Shown: positions 17,646 through 27,822 of the stretch, one piece after another
Position numbering within the stretch: position 1 is the stretch's first letter
How the letters are laid out: every line of letters begins with the position of its first letter
From: Planctomycetota bacterium
Lineage (GTDB): Bacteria > Planctomycetota > Planctomycetia > Planctomycetales > Planctomycetaceae
Assembly (NCBI GenBank): GCA_963582345.1
Contig: CAUZSN010000002.1
Span: 206 to 64,205 of the forward strand
Direction of reading: 5' to 3'
Length of the DNA stretch: 64,000 bases
Program-made: the position numbers and the translations under genes
The notes under the pieces: generated by a model
Database searches by the model: none
Told to the model about the DNA's origin: nothing
The model's input: the letters and a program-made list of their open reading frames with translations, nothing else

Positions 17646-19214
17646 TTATTCCAGATCACTCAGGACCACATGTGCCGCGTTGTGACCCGGAGCGCCACTT
17701 ACTTCCCCCCAGGGATGCATGCCCGCGCCACAGAGGTAGAGTCTCTGGATCGGTGTCCGGTAATATGCCAGCTCTTTCAATGGTCTTTGCCACAGCATTT
17801 GCGTGCTTGTACCGTCCACGTGGTGGATGTTGCCGTCGGTTAGGTACATGCGGCTCTGAAGATCAGCGGGCGTAAGAAGCCGGTAATCCAGCACTGCCCG
17901 GCTGAAGTTGGGAGCATAGCTATCCATTTGGGCGAACAGGCGTTTGGCCATTTCTTCTCTCCGATCATCCCATGTCCCCTGTCGCAGACGTATGGGTGCC
18001 CAATAGATGTAAGCCGACCAGGCATAGCGCCCGGGTGGAGCCAAAGACGGATCGTAGATACTGGGGGTTAAGGCTTGGATGAGGGGAGCACGGGGCAGCT
18101 TGCCCCGCTCGGCCATTTGCCACGCGGCCTCGCGGTACTCACGGTTGGGTCCTATAGTCACATCTGCTCGCCGCAGTTGTTCTGCGCTCAGTCCGTGCTT
18201 TATACGATACTCAGGAAACTCTGACAGTGCACAATGCAGCTTGAGGCAGGTTCCGACTTGGGTCTGTATACCCTGTACCCGCTTGACAAATGTGGCATCC
18301 AGTTGCGCCGGGTCGACCAACCTGAGGAAAGTGCGCTTTGGGTCGGCATTGGAGATTACGGTGCCGCCTAGTATCTGTTCGCCTGAAACCAGCTCAATTC
18401 CATACGCTTGACCGTCTTCCACTACAATCCGCGATACTGGAGATCCGGTGAGAATCTCTACGCCGAGTTCGCGAACCGTCTTACCCATTAGTGCAGTGAT
18501 CTGGCCCATGCCCCCTCGTACATAGCCAGTGGGTACCGGCTCGCCTGTTTCGGTATAGTTGCGTAAAGTAAACCAAATACTCCGAAGCAGCCCGGTTCCG
18601 ACGTCATAGGCGCTACCGATGTCCGGAGCTCCCCCTTCTGCATTCCGCATGATGTCCGACTCAAAAAACTGGTCGGCCAGGTCAGCAATCGAATGCGTCA
18701 GGACAGTGTGAAGTGCCTGCTGATCAGCGGGATCTGAACAACGTGAATAGAGTTCATCTAGCCGGGGAGGCGCTTGAAGCAAATAGGGTCCCAGAATGCG
18801 GCTAATCCGAGACCAGAACTCCTGCCAGCGAGGGAAGGCTTCCGCATCGTTCTGCGAAAACTTGGCAATTTCACTTCGGAAAGAATACTGATTTTCATTG
18901 GATGTCGCGCTGTCGGAGGGTTGACGTGTATAGAAATAGCGACCGTCAGGCAAAAGCCGAATTGAATCTTTCTTGTCAACCTTTAGTCCACGTTCAAACA
19001 GGCGCATCTCTTTGATGATTTTCGGACGAAGGGCCCAGACCACATTGGCACATGTCGAAAAACGATAGCCGGGAATTAGCTCCTCGGTCACACAACAGCC
19101 TCCGATGATGTCGCGCGCCTCAACGATTAGCACACGCTTTCCCGCCTGTGCCAAGTAAAAGGCTGCGACCAGGCCGTTGTGTCCCGAACCGATGATAATA
19201 GCATCGTATTGCAT
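17646..19214 (-). CDS. FAD-dependent oxidoreductase, phytoene-desaturase (CrtI/CrtD-like) family
   Basis: 522 aa with the N-terminal dinucleotide fold YDAIIIGSGHNGLVAAFYLAQAGKRVLIVE. Length and C-terminal GAGMHPWG region are typical of the family. Confidence 0.85.
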   Translation of the reverse strand: MQYDAIIIGSGHNGLVAAFYLAQAGKRVLIVEARDIIGGCCVTEELIPGYRFSTCANVVWALRPKIIKEMRLFERGLKVDKKDSIRLLPDGRYFYTRQPSDSATSNENQYSFRSEIAKFSQNDAEAFPRWQEFWSRISRILGPYLLQAPPRLDELYSRCSDPADQQALHTVLTHSIADLADQFFESDIMRNAEGGAPDIGSAYDVGTGLLRSIWFTLRNYTETGEPVPTGYVRGGMGQITALMGKTVRELGVEILTGSPVSRIVVEDGQAYGIELVSGEQILGGTVISNADPKRTFLRLVDPAQLDATFVKRVQGIQTQVGTCLKLHCALSEFPEYRIKHGLSAEQLRRADVTIGPNREYREAAWQMAERGKLPRAPLIQALTPSIYDPSLAPPGRYAWSAYIYWAPIRLRQGTWDDRREEMAKRLFAQMDSYAPNFSRAVLDYRLLTPADLQSRMYLTDGNIHHVDGTSTQMLWQRPLKELAYYRTPIQRLYLCGAGMHPWGEVSGAPGHNAAHVVLSDLE

Positions 19215-19351
19215 AGAGAGAGTTCTTTTCTCGTCTGCGCCTCAAACGCCTGTTGCATTTCGGTCACAACGTTTACCACGCAAAGCCTACGGTTGCAATT
19301 GGTGCTCCTTGTAGTTCAAAAAAACTTCATCCGCCATCGTATAGGTACAAC

Positions 19352-19745
19352 TCACATCTTGCCATATTGGAATAGTCTTTCAACGATCAGAGCAATCCCA
19401 CTTTTGTGCCACGAGATTTCTGTGTCAGCGAAAATCGTATCCGGCGAAAATAGCGCACCGACGTCTTCCAGAATTTCCTGACCCAGAATCCAACATTTTG
19501 ACAGCCAATTGACATCGTTGATTGTCGGACAGGAGAAACCGCTTTTTGTAAGGTTTTCCTTGAGGAACTGATTATCGGTCTGGAGGTAGTCGATCACAAA
19601 TTGCTGTTGTTGATGGACCCAGCCGACCAGGATGAGGAAATAGAATTGCCAGTGTTGTAGAATGACGCCTATGGCTCGCCAGATGCTGATTGGTGGCGCA
19701 AAACAGACAGCATCTGGATAAGTTCGTGGAAAATTCAGTGGCTGA
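19352..19745 (-). mobile_element. N-terminal remnant of an IS transposase (integrase-core type); catalytic domain absent
   Basis: An open frame, ...SIWRAIGVILQHWQFYFLILVGW...VIDYLQTDNQFLKENL...LGQEILEDVGALFSPDTIF.... It matches the pattern IEYLReENrvLreqL...LGrkvL..vativtPDTIL that I recall from planctomycete transposase N-termini. It ends 138 nt before the next gene. Confidence 0.4.
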
Positions 19746-19779
19746 GATTAGAGAATTTTAAGATTCACAAGTCCAGAAA

Positions 19780-20301
19780 TTGCGTAAAATACAGGTCGGC
19801 CGTTTTTTTTCTGCACGGAGTCTCGATGAATTCCATCGACTATTAGTCGCCAAAATTCGTCAGGGTGATGCACGGGTGTGGGATGAGTTTATTGAGCTAT
19901 TTGAAGGCCGCCTGGGTGCCGGGCAACCAGTGAGGACATTGTGTCAGAGACGTTCAGGGGGTTTCTAAGCAGTTTTCCGAATTGCGACGAAAACACTCCG
20001 CTCGAAAGCGTTCTATTCGCCATTGCTGTTCACAAGTTAGCCGATATCTTGCACCGACAGGGGCAGCGACCAACTATTCCGTTAATGGCTCACGATTCGG
20101 ATGGCGACTATTGCAAACCACCCGGCAGCGACAGGACCGCTTCCAGCTTGTTTCGAGGTCAGGAAGTTTGCTAAGCAATTGAGTATCGCAGAACAAGCGG
20201 TTGCCAACCACAAACATTTCTTCATTTTAAAACTGAAAGATGCTGTTGCACGCACGCGTCTAAAAAATATCGATCTGGCCGGCTTTGGAATTTCCCAGTG
20301 A
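19780..20301 (+). pseudogene. ECF-type sigma-70 factor, frameshifted with internal deletions
   Basis: Sigma-like pieces lie in three frames. These are LVAKIRQGDARVWDEFIELFEGRL (region 2 start), SEDIVSETFRGFLSSFPNCDENTPLESVLFAIAVHKLADILHRQGQRPTIP, and LSIAEQAVANHKHFFILKLKDAV (region 4 HTH). Segments between them are missing. Confidence 0.7.
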
Positions 20302-20522
20302 CGGAATTGTGGAATTCAGTCTGAAGAATCGCCAGCAATCATGACTGCAGCATTCCGTTTTGGGTGAAGTATCAGTCAAAATGTCTAAGGAATAAAGAAA
20401 TCCAAGTGTCTAATTCCGAAGAAAATGAAGGGAGCACTAGGGATGGATGCGAACAGCGATACGGACATTCGGATTCCGTCATTTTTTGGTCATTCGCCAT
20501 TAGGCACTTATCGTTTGTAATC

Positions 20523-23081
20523 ATGCGACTTGCAGCAATCGTAGTCGGGTCATGGCTGGTTTGTGTGCCACTTATCGGTGTGGTCTGGGCCGACGAACTT
20601 ACGGACAAATATTTAGAGCAACTACGGCAGCGGCGTTTGTTTAGCGTAGCGGAAGGATACTGTTTGCGACAGTTGATGTTGGATCAGTTGCATTCCACCG
20701 AACGGGCCAACTTGACTCTGGAGTTGTCGCGGACATTGGCCGAGCATGCCAAGCATTCGACAGGCCGCGAACAAGCTGATCTGTGGAAGCGGGCGGTTGA
20801 CGTTCTTGATGATTTTCTTGAAAAAGAGCCGCGAAGCCCGCGACGATTGATGCTAGAAGTTCAGGCAGCTTTTGTTGCCGCATCGCAGGTGGAATATCGG
20901 CGATGGCCGGCCGAGTTACAGTCGTATGACGAAGGTGCCGAACAAAAAGTGTTGGTAGCGGTTAAAGCCGTCATTCCGAGATTGACGGAATTGGAAGAAC
21001 GCTTGGCAGATCACGTTCGCACAGCACGGCATCGGGGAAATTCCGATGGTGGTGAGCTACCGTACCATCAAGCGAGAACCCTTCTGCTGAATGTTCGCTA
21101 TCGGCTGGCGATTGTGTTGTTGGGAAAATTCAAGATGTTGTCCAAAGATTCCGCCGAACGTGCAGCCGTTATGGTTGATGCGGAAGAGCGTTTGCGACAA
21201 CTGACTGGTGGAGCTCGCGGAGCGGAACTGACATGGCACAGTCAGGTGCTCCTGGCCCAGGCTCATCGGCTCCGCAATGATTGGAAGCGTGCAGACGGGC
21301 TGCTGGCGACTTTGGAGAAGAGTGAAATGACTGCCGAGGTTCGGAACCGCGTTGTTGCTGAGCGTGTGCGACTATTGATGGCGACGAAGAATGTCACGGA
21401 TGCCGCAAAATTGCTGGTCAATTACCGCAAAGCTGGCATTCCGATGCCGGGTGAACTTCGCTTTCTGAACGTCAAAGTGCTTTTGGCGCTCTGGAAGGTT
21501 GCCGTCGAAAAGAAGCAAATGTCGTTGGCGGATGGTTTGATGCAACAAATCCAGGCGTATGTCGGACAGACAGAGAGCGAACTGGCAGGCTATTGGGGCC
21601 GTCGGTGTCGTCTTTTTCTAGAGTTGGCCAGGGAGAAGCACGAATTCGGTGACGAATTGGCGCTGATCATTCGTAAAGCTCGATCGTTGTATTTGATGGG
21701 AAAAGTCGATGACGCTGTCAAGAACTACGGGATGGCCGCGAACGTGGCACACCTCGCCGGGAAAGAAGATCTGGCTATGGAATTAGGGTACACGCGGGCG
21801 TCGATCCAACTTCAAGCGAGTCAGTTTTCAGCCGCCGCCAGAAGTTTCCATGACTTGGGGAATCAATATCCGTCAAACCCGCGCACTCCCAATGCCCACC
21901 TGCTGTGGAGTTTTTGTTTGGGTAAACTGTACAACCAAGAGCCTTCGGATAGTCGGCTAACGGCCTATACTAAGGCACTGGTCGACCATCGTGCGAAATT
22001 TTCTGATGGATCGACGATTGCCGAGGCAACGTGGATGTTCGCCGTGTTGCAGGAACGTCAGTGCCAGGTGACGCGAGCTTTGAAACTGTACGAAGAAATT
22101 CCTGCCGAACACCGCCGCAGCTCGAACGCTCAGCTCAGCATTGCACGGTGCTACGAAAAAATCCTCGCACGGCTTCACGAGCAGCATCAACCGACGGCCG
22201 ATTGGGAACGGGTGGCGATCGACCAGCTCGATTCATTCATAGCGATGTTCTCAAAAGATGCTCGAAGCCTAACTCAGCAACAGGCCGAAATCATCATGCG
22301 ACTGGCTCGGATCCGATTGAATCGACGGCCGTCGGAGTTTGCTGAAGCGGACCAACTGCTGGAACGGATTCTCGCAGGTCGGCAATTCGTCAAGCAATTT
22401 GTTCAAGGAATAGCCACACCAGCGTACGATGCTTGGCAGCGACTGTTCAATATGTCGGCCCAATTGCGCATCGTTTCTCTTGCCGGTCAGCAACGGTTGG
22501 CTCAGGCGAGGGCGTTGCTGAAGACGTTTTCAGCAAGTAGTCCATCTGAAGTTTTGAGTGTGCTGGACGGCCTGATTCAGATAGCGGACAACGTCGATGA
22601 GCACACTCGCCGTGGTCTGGCTGACTTACAGTTACAAGCAGCAGAAGGGTTGAATGCTCGCCGGTCTCAGTTGAGCGTGACTGAGCGTCGGCGTTTGGAC
22701 AGTTGTCTGGCTCAAGCCTGCGTAGCAACCGACCAGCCGCGCAGGGCGGTGGAAAAATACGACGTTCTGTTACGCGAGTCCCCGCGTGACAAACGGTTGC
22801 GACGGACGGTTTCGGAATTGATGACTCAAATTCGCACGCCCGAATATCTGAGCAAAGCGAAAACTAGTTGGCGAAAACTGCAGATGCTAGAAACAAAGGG
22901 AAGTCAAGACTGGCTGGATGCCACTTACAACGTCGCGTGGTGTTGTTTTGCACTGAAGGAATACGGCCAATGCCGGAAACTGATTCAAGTCACGCGTTTG
23001 CGATATCCAGATCTAGGTGGTTGGGAACTGCAGACTAAGTTTACCAATCTTGAAAGGGATGCCGTAAAAGCAGAAAACTGA
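20523..23081 (+). CDS. large secreted or membrane-anchored alpha-helical repeat (TPR-like) protein
   Basis: 852 aa counted from ATG 20523. It has a signal/anchor MRLAAIVVGSWLVCVPLIGVVWA. The remainder is Leu/Ala/Arg/Glu-rich with repeat-like helical periodicity. The TPR assignment is an inference, not a motif match. Confidence 0.7.
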   Translation: MRLAAIVVGSWLVCVPLIGVVWADELTDKYLEQLRQRRLFSVAEGYCLRQLMLDQLHSTERANLTLELSRTLAEHAKHSTGREQADLWKRAVDVLDDFLEKEPRSPRRLMLEVQAAFVAASQVEYRRWPAELQSYDEGAEQKVLVAVKAVIPRLTELEERLADHVRTARHRGNSDGGELPYHQARTLLLNVRYRLAIVLLGKFKMLSKDSAERAAVMVDAEERLRQLTGGARGAELTWHSQVLLAQAHRLRNDWKRADGLLATLEKSEMTAEVRNRVVAERVRLLMATKNVTDAAKLLVNYRKAGIPMPGELRFLNVKVLLALWKVAVEKKQMSLADGLMQQIQAYVGQTESELAGYWGRRCRLFLELAREKHEFGDELALIIRKARSLYLMGKVDDAVKNYGMAANVAHLAGKEDLAMELGYTRASIQLQASQFSAAARSFHDLGNQYPSNPRTPNAHLLWSFCLGKLYNQEPSDSRLTAYTKALVDHRAKFSDGSTIAEATWMFAVLQERQCQVTRALKLYEEIPAEHRRSSNAQLSIARCYEKILARLHEQHQPTADWERVAIDQLDSFIAMFSKDARSLTQQQAEIIMRLARIRLNRRPSEFAEADQLLERILAGRQFVKQFVQGIATPAYDAWQRLFNMSAQLRIVSLAGQQRLAQARALLKTFSASSPSEVLSVLDGLIQIADNVDEHTRRGLADLQLQAAEGLNARRSQLSVTERRRLDSCLAQACVATDQPRRAVEKYDVLLRESPRDKRLRRTVSELMTQIRTPEYLSKAKTSWRKLQMLETKGSQDWLDATYNVAWCCFALKEYGQCRKLIQVTRLRYPDLGGWELQTKFTNLERDAVKAEN

Positions 23082-23364
23082 AACTCCGCTACGTCTTCCA
23101 AGTGAGGCTTAGTGTAGGGTGAGCATTCCCACCACAGCATCTTGCGATTTTATGGGCGGCGCCTACTCGAATCTTTGCCTTTCGAGCAATATGGCTTTGA
23201 AGGAATTCGCGCTGTCCTACCCGCTAGCTCAATATCAAAGGCCGCTGTCATATGCGGCTTTTATTGCTCTTGGTGGCTCCACAAACTGCGGATTGAAAAT
23301 GATCCTTAACTTAGACGCCTCTTGGGCAGTCTGTGGCGAAGGTGCAACAAGCGATGGTATGGTT

Positions 23365-23856
23365 TTAAAGGGCGCGTTTCCGCACGTGCAACGTTGAACA
23401 ACGCGGCGGCTTCGGCAGCATCGATGGATTGGGCTTCCATCTCGGAACGTTGTGAAAATAGTAGCCCAGTTGAGTTGTATCCACGGGCTCTGCGACCATC
23501 GGGAAACGGCGAATCAGTTTTGCGCGACCAATACGGCGTTGCCCATACCAATTGTCAGGCCAATAGCGCATGTATTCGACACTCTTTCGCTGAATGGGCC
23601 ACTTTGCGACTCGCGCCCAACTGTGATCGGGACTTCCATTGCAAGAATCGCAGCACTCGCAGTGGGCCAGGGAATTATCGGTTTCTTGAATCTGTTGATT
23701 GCCGAAGTAGGCTGCTGGATACGCGAGTATGCGAGGCGTCAAATTTGACACTCGCACCAGCCGCGGCCACTCGCTTGCACCAACGGACGCTGCCGAAATC
23801 AGCGAAATGCTCGCGACGAGAATCACCGCGAGTCGTTTGAAATTTCCTGTCTGCAT
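23365..23856 (-). CDS. secreted hypothetical protein P3 (Cys cluster, Trp/Tyr/Pro-rich)
   Basis: 163 aa with signal peptide MQTGNFKRLAVILVASISLISAASVGA, a CECCDSCNG cluster and YWPDNWYGQ...VDTTQLGYYFHNVPRWKPNP. I recognise no enzyme motif. Confidence 0.7.
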   Translation of the reverse strand: MQTGNFKRLAVILVASISLISAASVGASEWPRLVRVSNLTPRILAYPAAYFGNQQIQETDNSLAHCECCDSCNGSPDHSWARVAKWPIQRKSVEYMRYWPDNWYGQRRIGRAKLIRRFPMVAEPVDTTQLGYYFHNVPRWKPNPSMLPKPPRCSTLHVRKRAL

Positions 23857-23950
23857 GATTGATTTTCCCAGATCTCTTAACCTAAAGATTGATGTGGACT
23901 TCCGGTTGCTTTTTCAGAGTTGTTGATTTCGGTCTTTCGTTTCAGCTTGT

Positions 23951-24502
23951 TTAAGGAGCGATCCTGCTGATTGGCGTGAGTCGACTGGCAGGAATACCCC
24001 TGCCGTAGTTCATTGTGTAATTCACATTCGGCGCTAACGGAACGACCATCGGAACACCAGTAATGGGCGAAGCAAACACCCGTGCATCCCGCTGATCGTA
24101 GTCGTGTGGATCGGCCGCATAAGTAATTTTGTAGAAGCCGATCGGCGGGCCCCACCGGTCCAGTAGGCCGATCAGGGAATCGGACTGTGCCCGGTTTCTG
24201 GTATCGAACAGATTGCGTTGGTTATTCCACCAATCGCGCGCCCTGCAACCTACGTTTTCGCAGTCGATACAGGAACGGCACGTGTCGGTATGGCATGTTG
24301 GTTTTGGACTGACACATCCACAACTACCGCAATCAGACGCGCACGCATCGGTCACCGTGTTGAAGTTGGTTCCATGCGAATCTGAAACGCGGATTAGTCC
24401 GACGGTACCGGGTTCAGAGCCAAGGCTTGGAACCGTGGTCACCACCGCAAACAGGCTTGCCGCTAGGAATAGATGTCCAAAGTTCCGTGGCATGTTATTC
24501 AT
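23951..24502 (-). CDS. secreted hypothetical protein P2 (12-Cys segment)
   Basis: 183 aa with a signal-like N-terminus and DACASDCGSCGCVSPKPTCHTDTCRSCIDCENVGCRARDWW, followed by YAADPHDYDQRDARVFASPITGVPMVVPLAPNVNYTMNYGRGIPASRLTPIS. Confidence 0.7.
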   Translation of the reverse strand: MNNMPRNFGHLFLAASLFAVVTTVPSLGSEPGTVGLIRVSDSHGTNFNTVTDACASDCGSCGCVSPKPTCHTDTCRSCIDCENVGCRARDWWNNQRNLFDTRNRAQSDSLIGLLDRWGPPIGFYKITYAADPHDYDQRDARVFASPITGVPMVVPLAPNVNYTMNYGRGIPASRLTPISRIAP

Positions 24503-24570
24503 GGGATTCTTTCTGACTCAAGGTATTCAATCCAGTCAATGTCAAAAGCGATTCGCAGTCATTGACAGTG

Positions 24571-25077
24571 TTAGCGGAGCCAAGAATTCGCCAAACGAGC
24601 AAACGGAGAAATGGATGTACGGTACTTCACTGTGACTTCCGTCCCCCGCAAATCCCAATTGTCGTGCGACTCTGCGCCAAACGGTGTCCAAATGTACCAG
24701 CCTTTGACTTCGTAGAAGTACGGAGGATACAAGCCTCGGTACGTGTGTCTGTACAGCATCTCGTGTGGTGCGAATGCATGATTGGTGAATACGGTTCCGC
24801 CAACCTGCAAAGGAATATCTTGACGTGGCGCCGGGTACAACGGCGAATTCAATTGAGGATACCCGGTCAACATCTCTGTGTTTGATTGGCTATCCGGCGT
24901 TGTGTGGTTGTCAAAACTAATTGGCCACGCTTGATGCTGCTGAACGAATCGCGACGGAACACCATTAAATGTTGTTTGCCCAGGACTGTGGTAGATCTGT
25001 TGTGCCTGTGTGGGCTGATAAACATATAACGTGAGCAACGCGGCCGCGATAGCGGTTTGTATCATCATCCGAGTCAT
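24571..25077 (-). CDS. secreted hypothetical protein P1
   Basis: 168 aa with signal peptide MTRMMIQTAIAAALLTLYVYQPTQAQ, followed by PLQVGGTVFTNHAFAPHEMLYRHTYRGLYPPYFYEVKGWYIWTPFG. Confidence 0.7.
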   Translation of the reverse strand: MTRMMIQTAIAAALLTLYVYQPTQAQQIYHSPGQTTFNGVPSRFVQQHQAWPISFDNHTTPDSQSNTEMLTGYPQLNSPLYPAPRQDIPLQVGGTVFTNHAFAPHEMLYRHTYRGLYPPYFYEVKGWYIWTPFGAESHDNWDLRGTEVTVKYRTSISPFARLANSWLR

Positions 25078-25394
25078 GAATTCTCCCTTGCAAGGCCGTG
25101 AACGACCGAGTCTGAATTCAGCCGTTCGGTCATCCGAAGTCCGATTCGAATTTGTCTGTGCCGAGACGGTCTGCTGTCAAAGCAATACAATCATTCGGTT
25201 GGTGGCAATCGTCGAAATGAATCATTCTGAGAGTTTTATACGGATGCGCTTTGTTTTCCCGAATTCCCTGCTATTCAACGAGTTAAAACGCCCTTATATA
25301 TGAAAATTTCGCTATCACAATTACAATCATGCGAATTGATTAAACTTGTAAGACCACCAGAATCACTAAAATACGACACTCTTGTGACAACCTG

Positions 25395-27821
25395 ATGGAG
25401 GCAGTCTTGGTGCAGAAGAAAGTCGGAAAAAACGGTCGGCGATCGAAGTCGAATGCTTCAGCTGTCAGCGGCACTGCGGCGATCGTTGGTGAATCGAACG
25501 ACAATATTCTGTACGTGCCGATTAGCCATGAAACGCGGCGTCGGTATTTGCACTACGCACTATCAGTGATTCAGTCGCGTGCTTTACCAGATGTTCGAGA
25601 TGGTTTAAAGCCCGTGCAGCGGCGCATTCTATACGCGATGTACCACGATTTGCACCTGACGTCCGGCAGCAAGCCGCGCAAAGCGTCGAAAATTTGTGGT
25701 GATACGGTGGGCAACTATCACCCCCACGGCGACGCGTCCGTGTACGACGCACTGGTTCGCTTGGCTCAGGATGTCAGCCTGCGTTACCCGTTGGTGGACG
25801 GTCAGGGAAATTTCGGATCGATAATGGGTTTGCCGGCTGCTGCAGCTCGGTATACCGAAGCAAGGCTGGCGTCGATTACCGAGCAATTGATGAACGAGCT
25901 ACGGTACGAAACAGTTGAGATGCGGCCCAATTACGAGGCGACGCGAGATGAGCCGGTCGTGATGCCCGCACGGTTTCCTAACCTGCTGATCAACGGAACT
26001 CAGGGTATTGCTGTCGGCATGGCAACGAATATTCCCCCGCACAATCTAGGCGAAGTGATCAAATCCTGCGTCCACTTGATAAGGGATCCCAACGCAACGG
26101 TCGCCCAAATCATGAAGTACATCAAAGGCCCCGATTTTCCCGTGGGCGGACGGATTGTCACCGATCGTCGGTCGTTGCGAAAGGTATATCAGGAGGGGCG
26201 CGGCGCAATTAAAGTCCGTGGAGAATGGAAGATCGATCGGAAGCGAGGACAGGACGCAGCCATCCAGTTGGTCGTCTATTCGATTCCGTACGGCGTTGAA
26301 ACTGGGCCGCTGGTCGCAGAAATTGGAATCCTTGTCGCCGACCGCAAACTGCCGCAATTAGTGGACGTTAGCGACCAAACTGATGACAAGAACGGACTAC
26401 GTGTTGTTCTGGAGATCAAACCGGACGCAGATCCCGAAGCTGTGATGGCTTACCTATATAAACACACCAGTCTGGAGCAGAACTTCTCGTACAACGCCAC
26501 CTGCCTGGTACCTGATGAGCACGATGTGTTGGTGCCAGCACGAGTTGATTTGGTCCAGATGCTGCGGCAATTCCTGAGCTTTCGGTTCAAGACCGTGCGC
26601 CGGCGCTTCGATTTTCAACTCGATCAATTGGAGAATCGAATTCACATTCTCAAAGGATTGTCCGTCGTATTCAAAGGTCTAGAAAAGGCGCTCAAGATCA
26701 TTCGCCGCAGCGATGGTAAACGAGACGCCGCGACTAAACTGATGCGAACTTTCCCACTCGATGAAACCCAAACGAACGCGATTCTTGAGCTACAACTGTA
26801 TCGCATTGCTCGGTTGGAGATTGACCAAATTCTGAAAGAGCTGAAACAGAAGCGAGCTGAGGCGAAGCAGATACGCCAAATCCTGGCTTCGAACAGACGA
26901 ATTTGGAAAGTTGTGCGCACTGAATTGGAAGAGATTGCCGACAAGTTTTCCGATCGTAGGCGGACGAGTCTTGGCTCATCGGACGAGATCAGCGAATTCG
27001 ACGCTCAAGTCTACATCGTTCGGGAGAACATGAACGTTGTGGTGACAGGCGAGGGTTGGATCAAACGCGTCGGGCGCCTGAGCAAAGTGGAAAACACTCG
27101 TGTTCGCGATGGCGATTGCGTGCTGGACGTCGTTCCCGGAAGTACGTTGGACAACATTGTACTGTTCGCCAGTGACGGAGTAGCTTACACGTTGCCCATC
27201 GACCAGGTTCCGTCGTCGACCGGTTACGGAGATCCGCTGTCCAAACACGTCCGGTTGGGCGACGGCGTAAACATCGTCGGGTCCCAGACAACCGATCCGC
27301 GATTTGTACTCGATGACAAGAAAGTGCGTGGCCAGCCGACCCCCGCTCCTTATCTGCTGACCGTAACCGCAAATGGACAGGTCATGCGGATGTCGTTCAG
27401 TCTCTTTCGCACAGCATCGACAAAACTCGGACGAAAATACTGCCGGCTGCGGAAAGGCGACAGGGTCGTCTTCGTTCAACTGGTTCGAAACGCGAAGACA
27501 ATGTTTGTGGCGACCCGCAAGGCGAGGATCATTCACTTTTCGATCAAAGAGGCTCAGGTGCTGGCAGGTGCAGGAATTGGTGTTCGCGGAATCAAACTGG
27601 AAACGGGCGACGAAGTTCTAGGCGCCATCCAACTCAGTCGTCCTAGCGATTGCCTACGCGTCCGGAACACGAACGATAAAGTTTTGAGTTTCGGACAACT
27701 GAAGTACAATGTCACATCGCGCGGTGGTCGAGGCATCAAGACGAGTCACCGTAGCGGTTTCGACGAAATTATCCGCGGACAAATCAAACTAGTCGATTGG
27801 AACGAATTCGAAGATAAATAG
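25395..27821 (+). CDS. type IIA DNA topoisomerase subunit A (GyrA/ParC family; ParC-like)
   Basis: 808 aa with DVRDGLKPVQRRILYAM, the catalytic-Tyr context AAARYTEARL, and a beta-pinwheel C-terminal domain. Confidence 0.93.
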   Translation: MEAVLVQKKVGKNGRRSKSNASAVSGTAAIVGESNDNILYVPISHETRRRYLHYALSVIQSRALPDVRDGLKPVQRRILYAMYHDLHLTSGSKPRKASKICGDTVGNYHPHGDASVYDALVRLAQDVSLRYPLVDGQGNFGSIMGLPAAAARYTEARLASITEQLMNELRYETVEMRPNYEATRDEPVVMPARFPNLLINGTQGIAVGMATNIPPHNLGEVIKSCVHLIRDPNATVAQIMKYIKGPDFPVGGRIVTDRRSLRKVYQEGRGAIKVRGEWKIDRKRGQDAAIQLVVYSIPYGVETGPLVAEIGILVADRKLPQLVDVSDQTDDKNGLRVVLEIKPDADPEAVMAYLYKHTSLEQNFSYNATCLVPDEHDVLVPARVDLVQMLRQFLSFRFKTVRRRFDFQLDQLENRIHILKGLSVVFKGLEKALKIIRRSDGKRDAATKLMRTFPLDETQTNAILELQLYRIARLEIDQILKELKQKRAEAKQIRQILASNRRIWKVVRTELEEIADKFSDRRRTSLGSSDEISEFDAQVYIVRENMNVVVTGEGWIKRVGRLSKVENTRVRDGDCVLDVVPGSTLDNIVLFASDGVAYTLPIDQVPSSTGYGDPLSKHVRLGDGVNIVGSQTTDPRFVLDDKKVRGQPTPAPYLLTVTANGQVMRMSFSLFRTASTKLGRKYCRLRKGDRVVFVQLVRNAKTMFVATRKARIIHFSIKEAQVLAGAGIGVRGIKLETGDEVLGAIQLSRPSDCLRVRNTNDKVLSFGQLKYNVTSRGGRGIKTSHRSGFDEIIRGQIKLVDWNEFEDK

Positions 27822-27822
27822 C

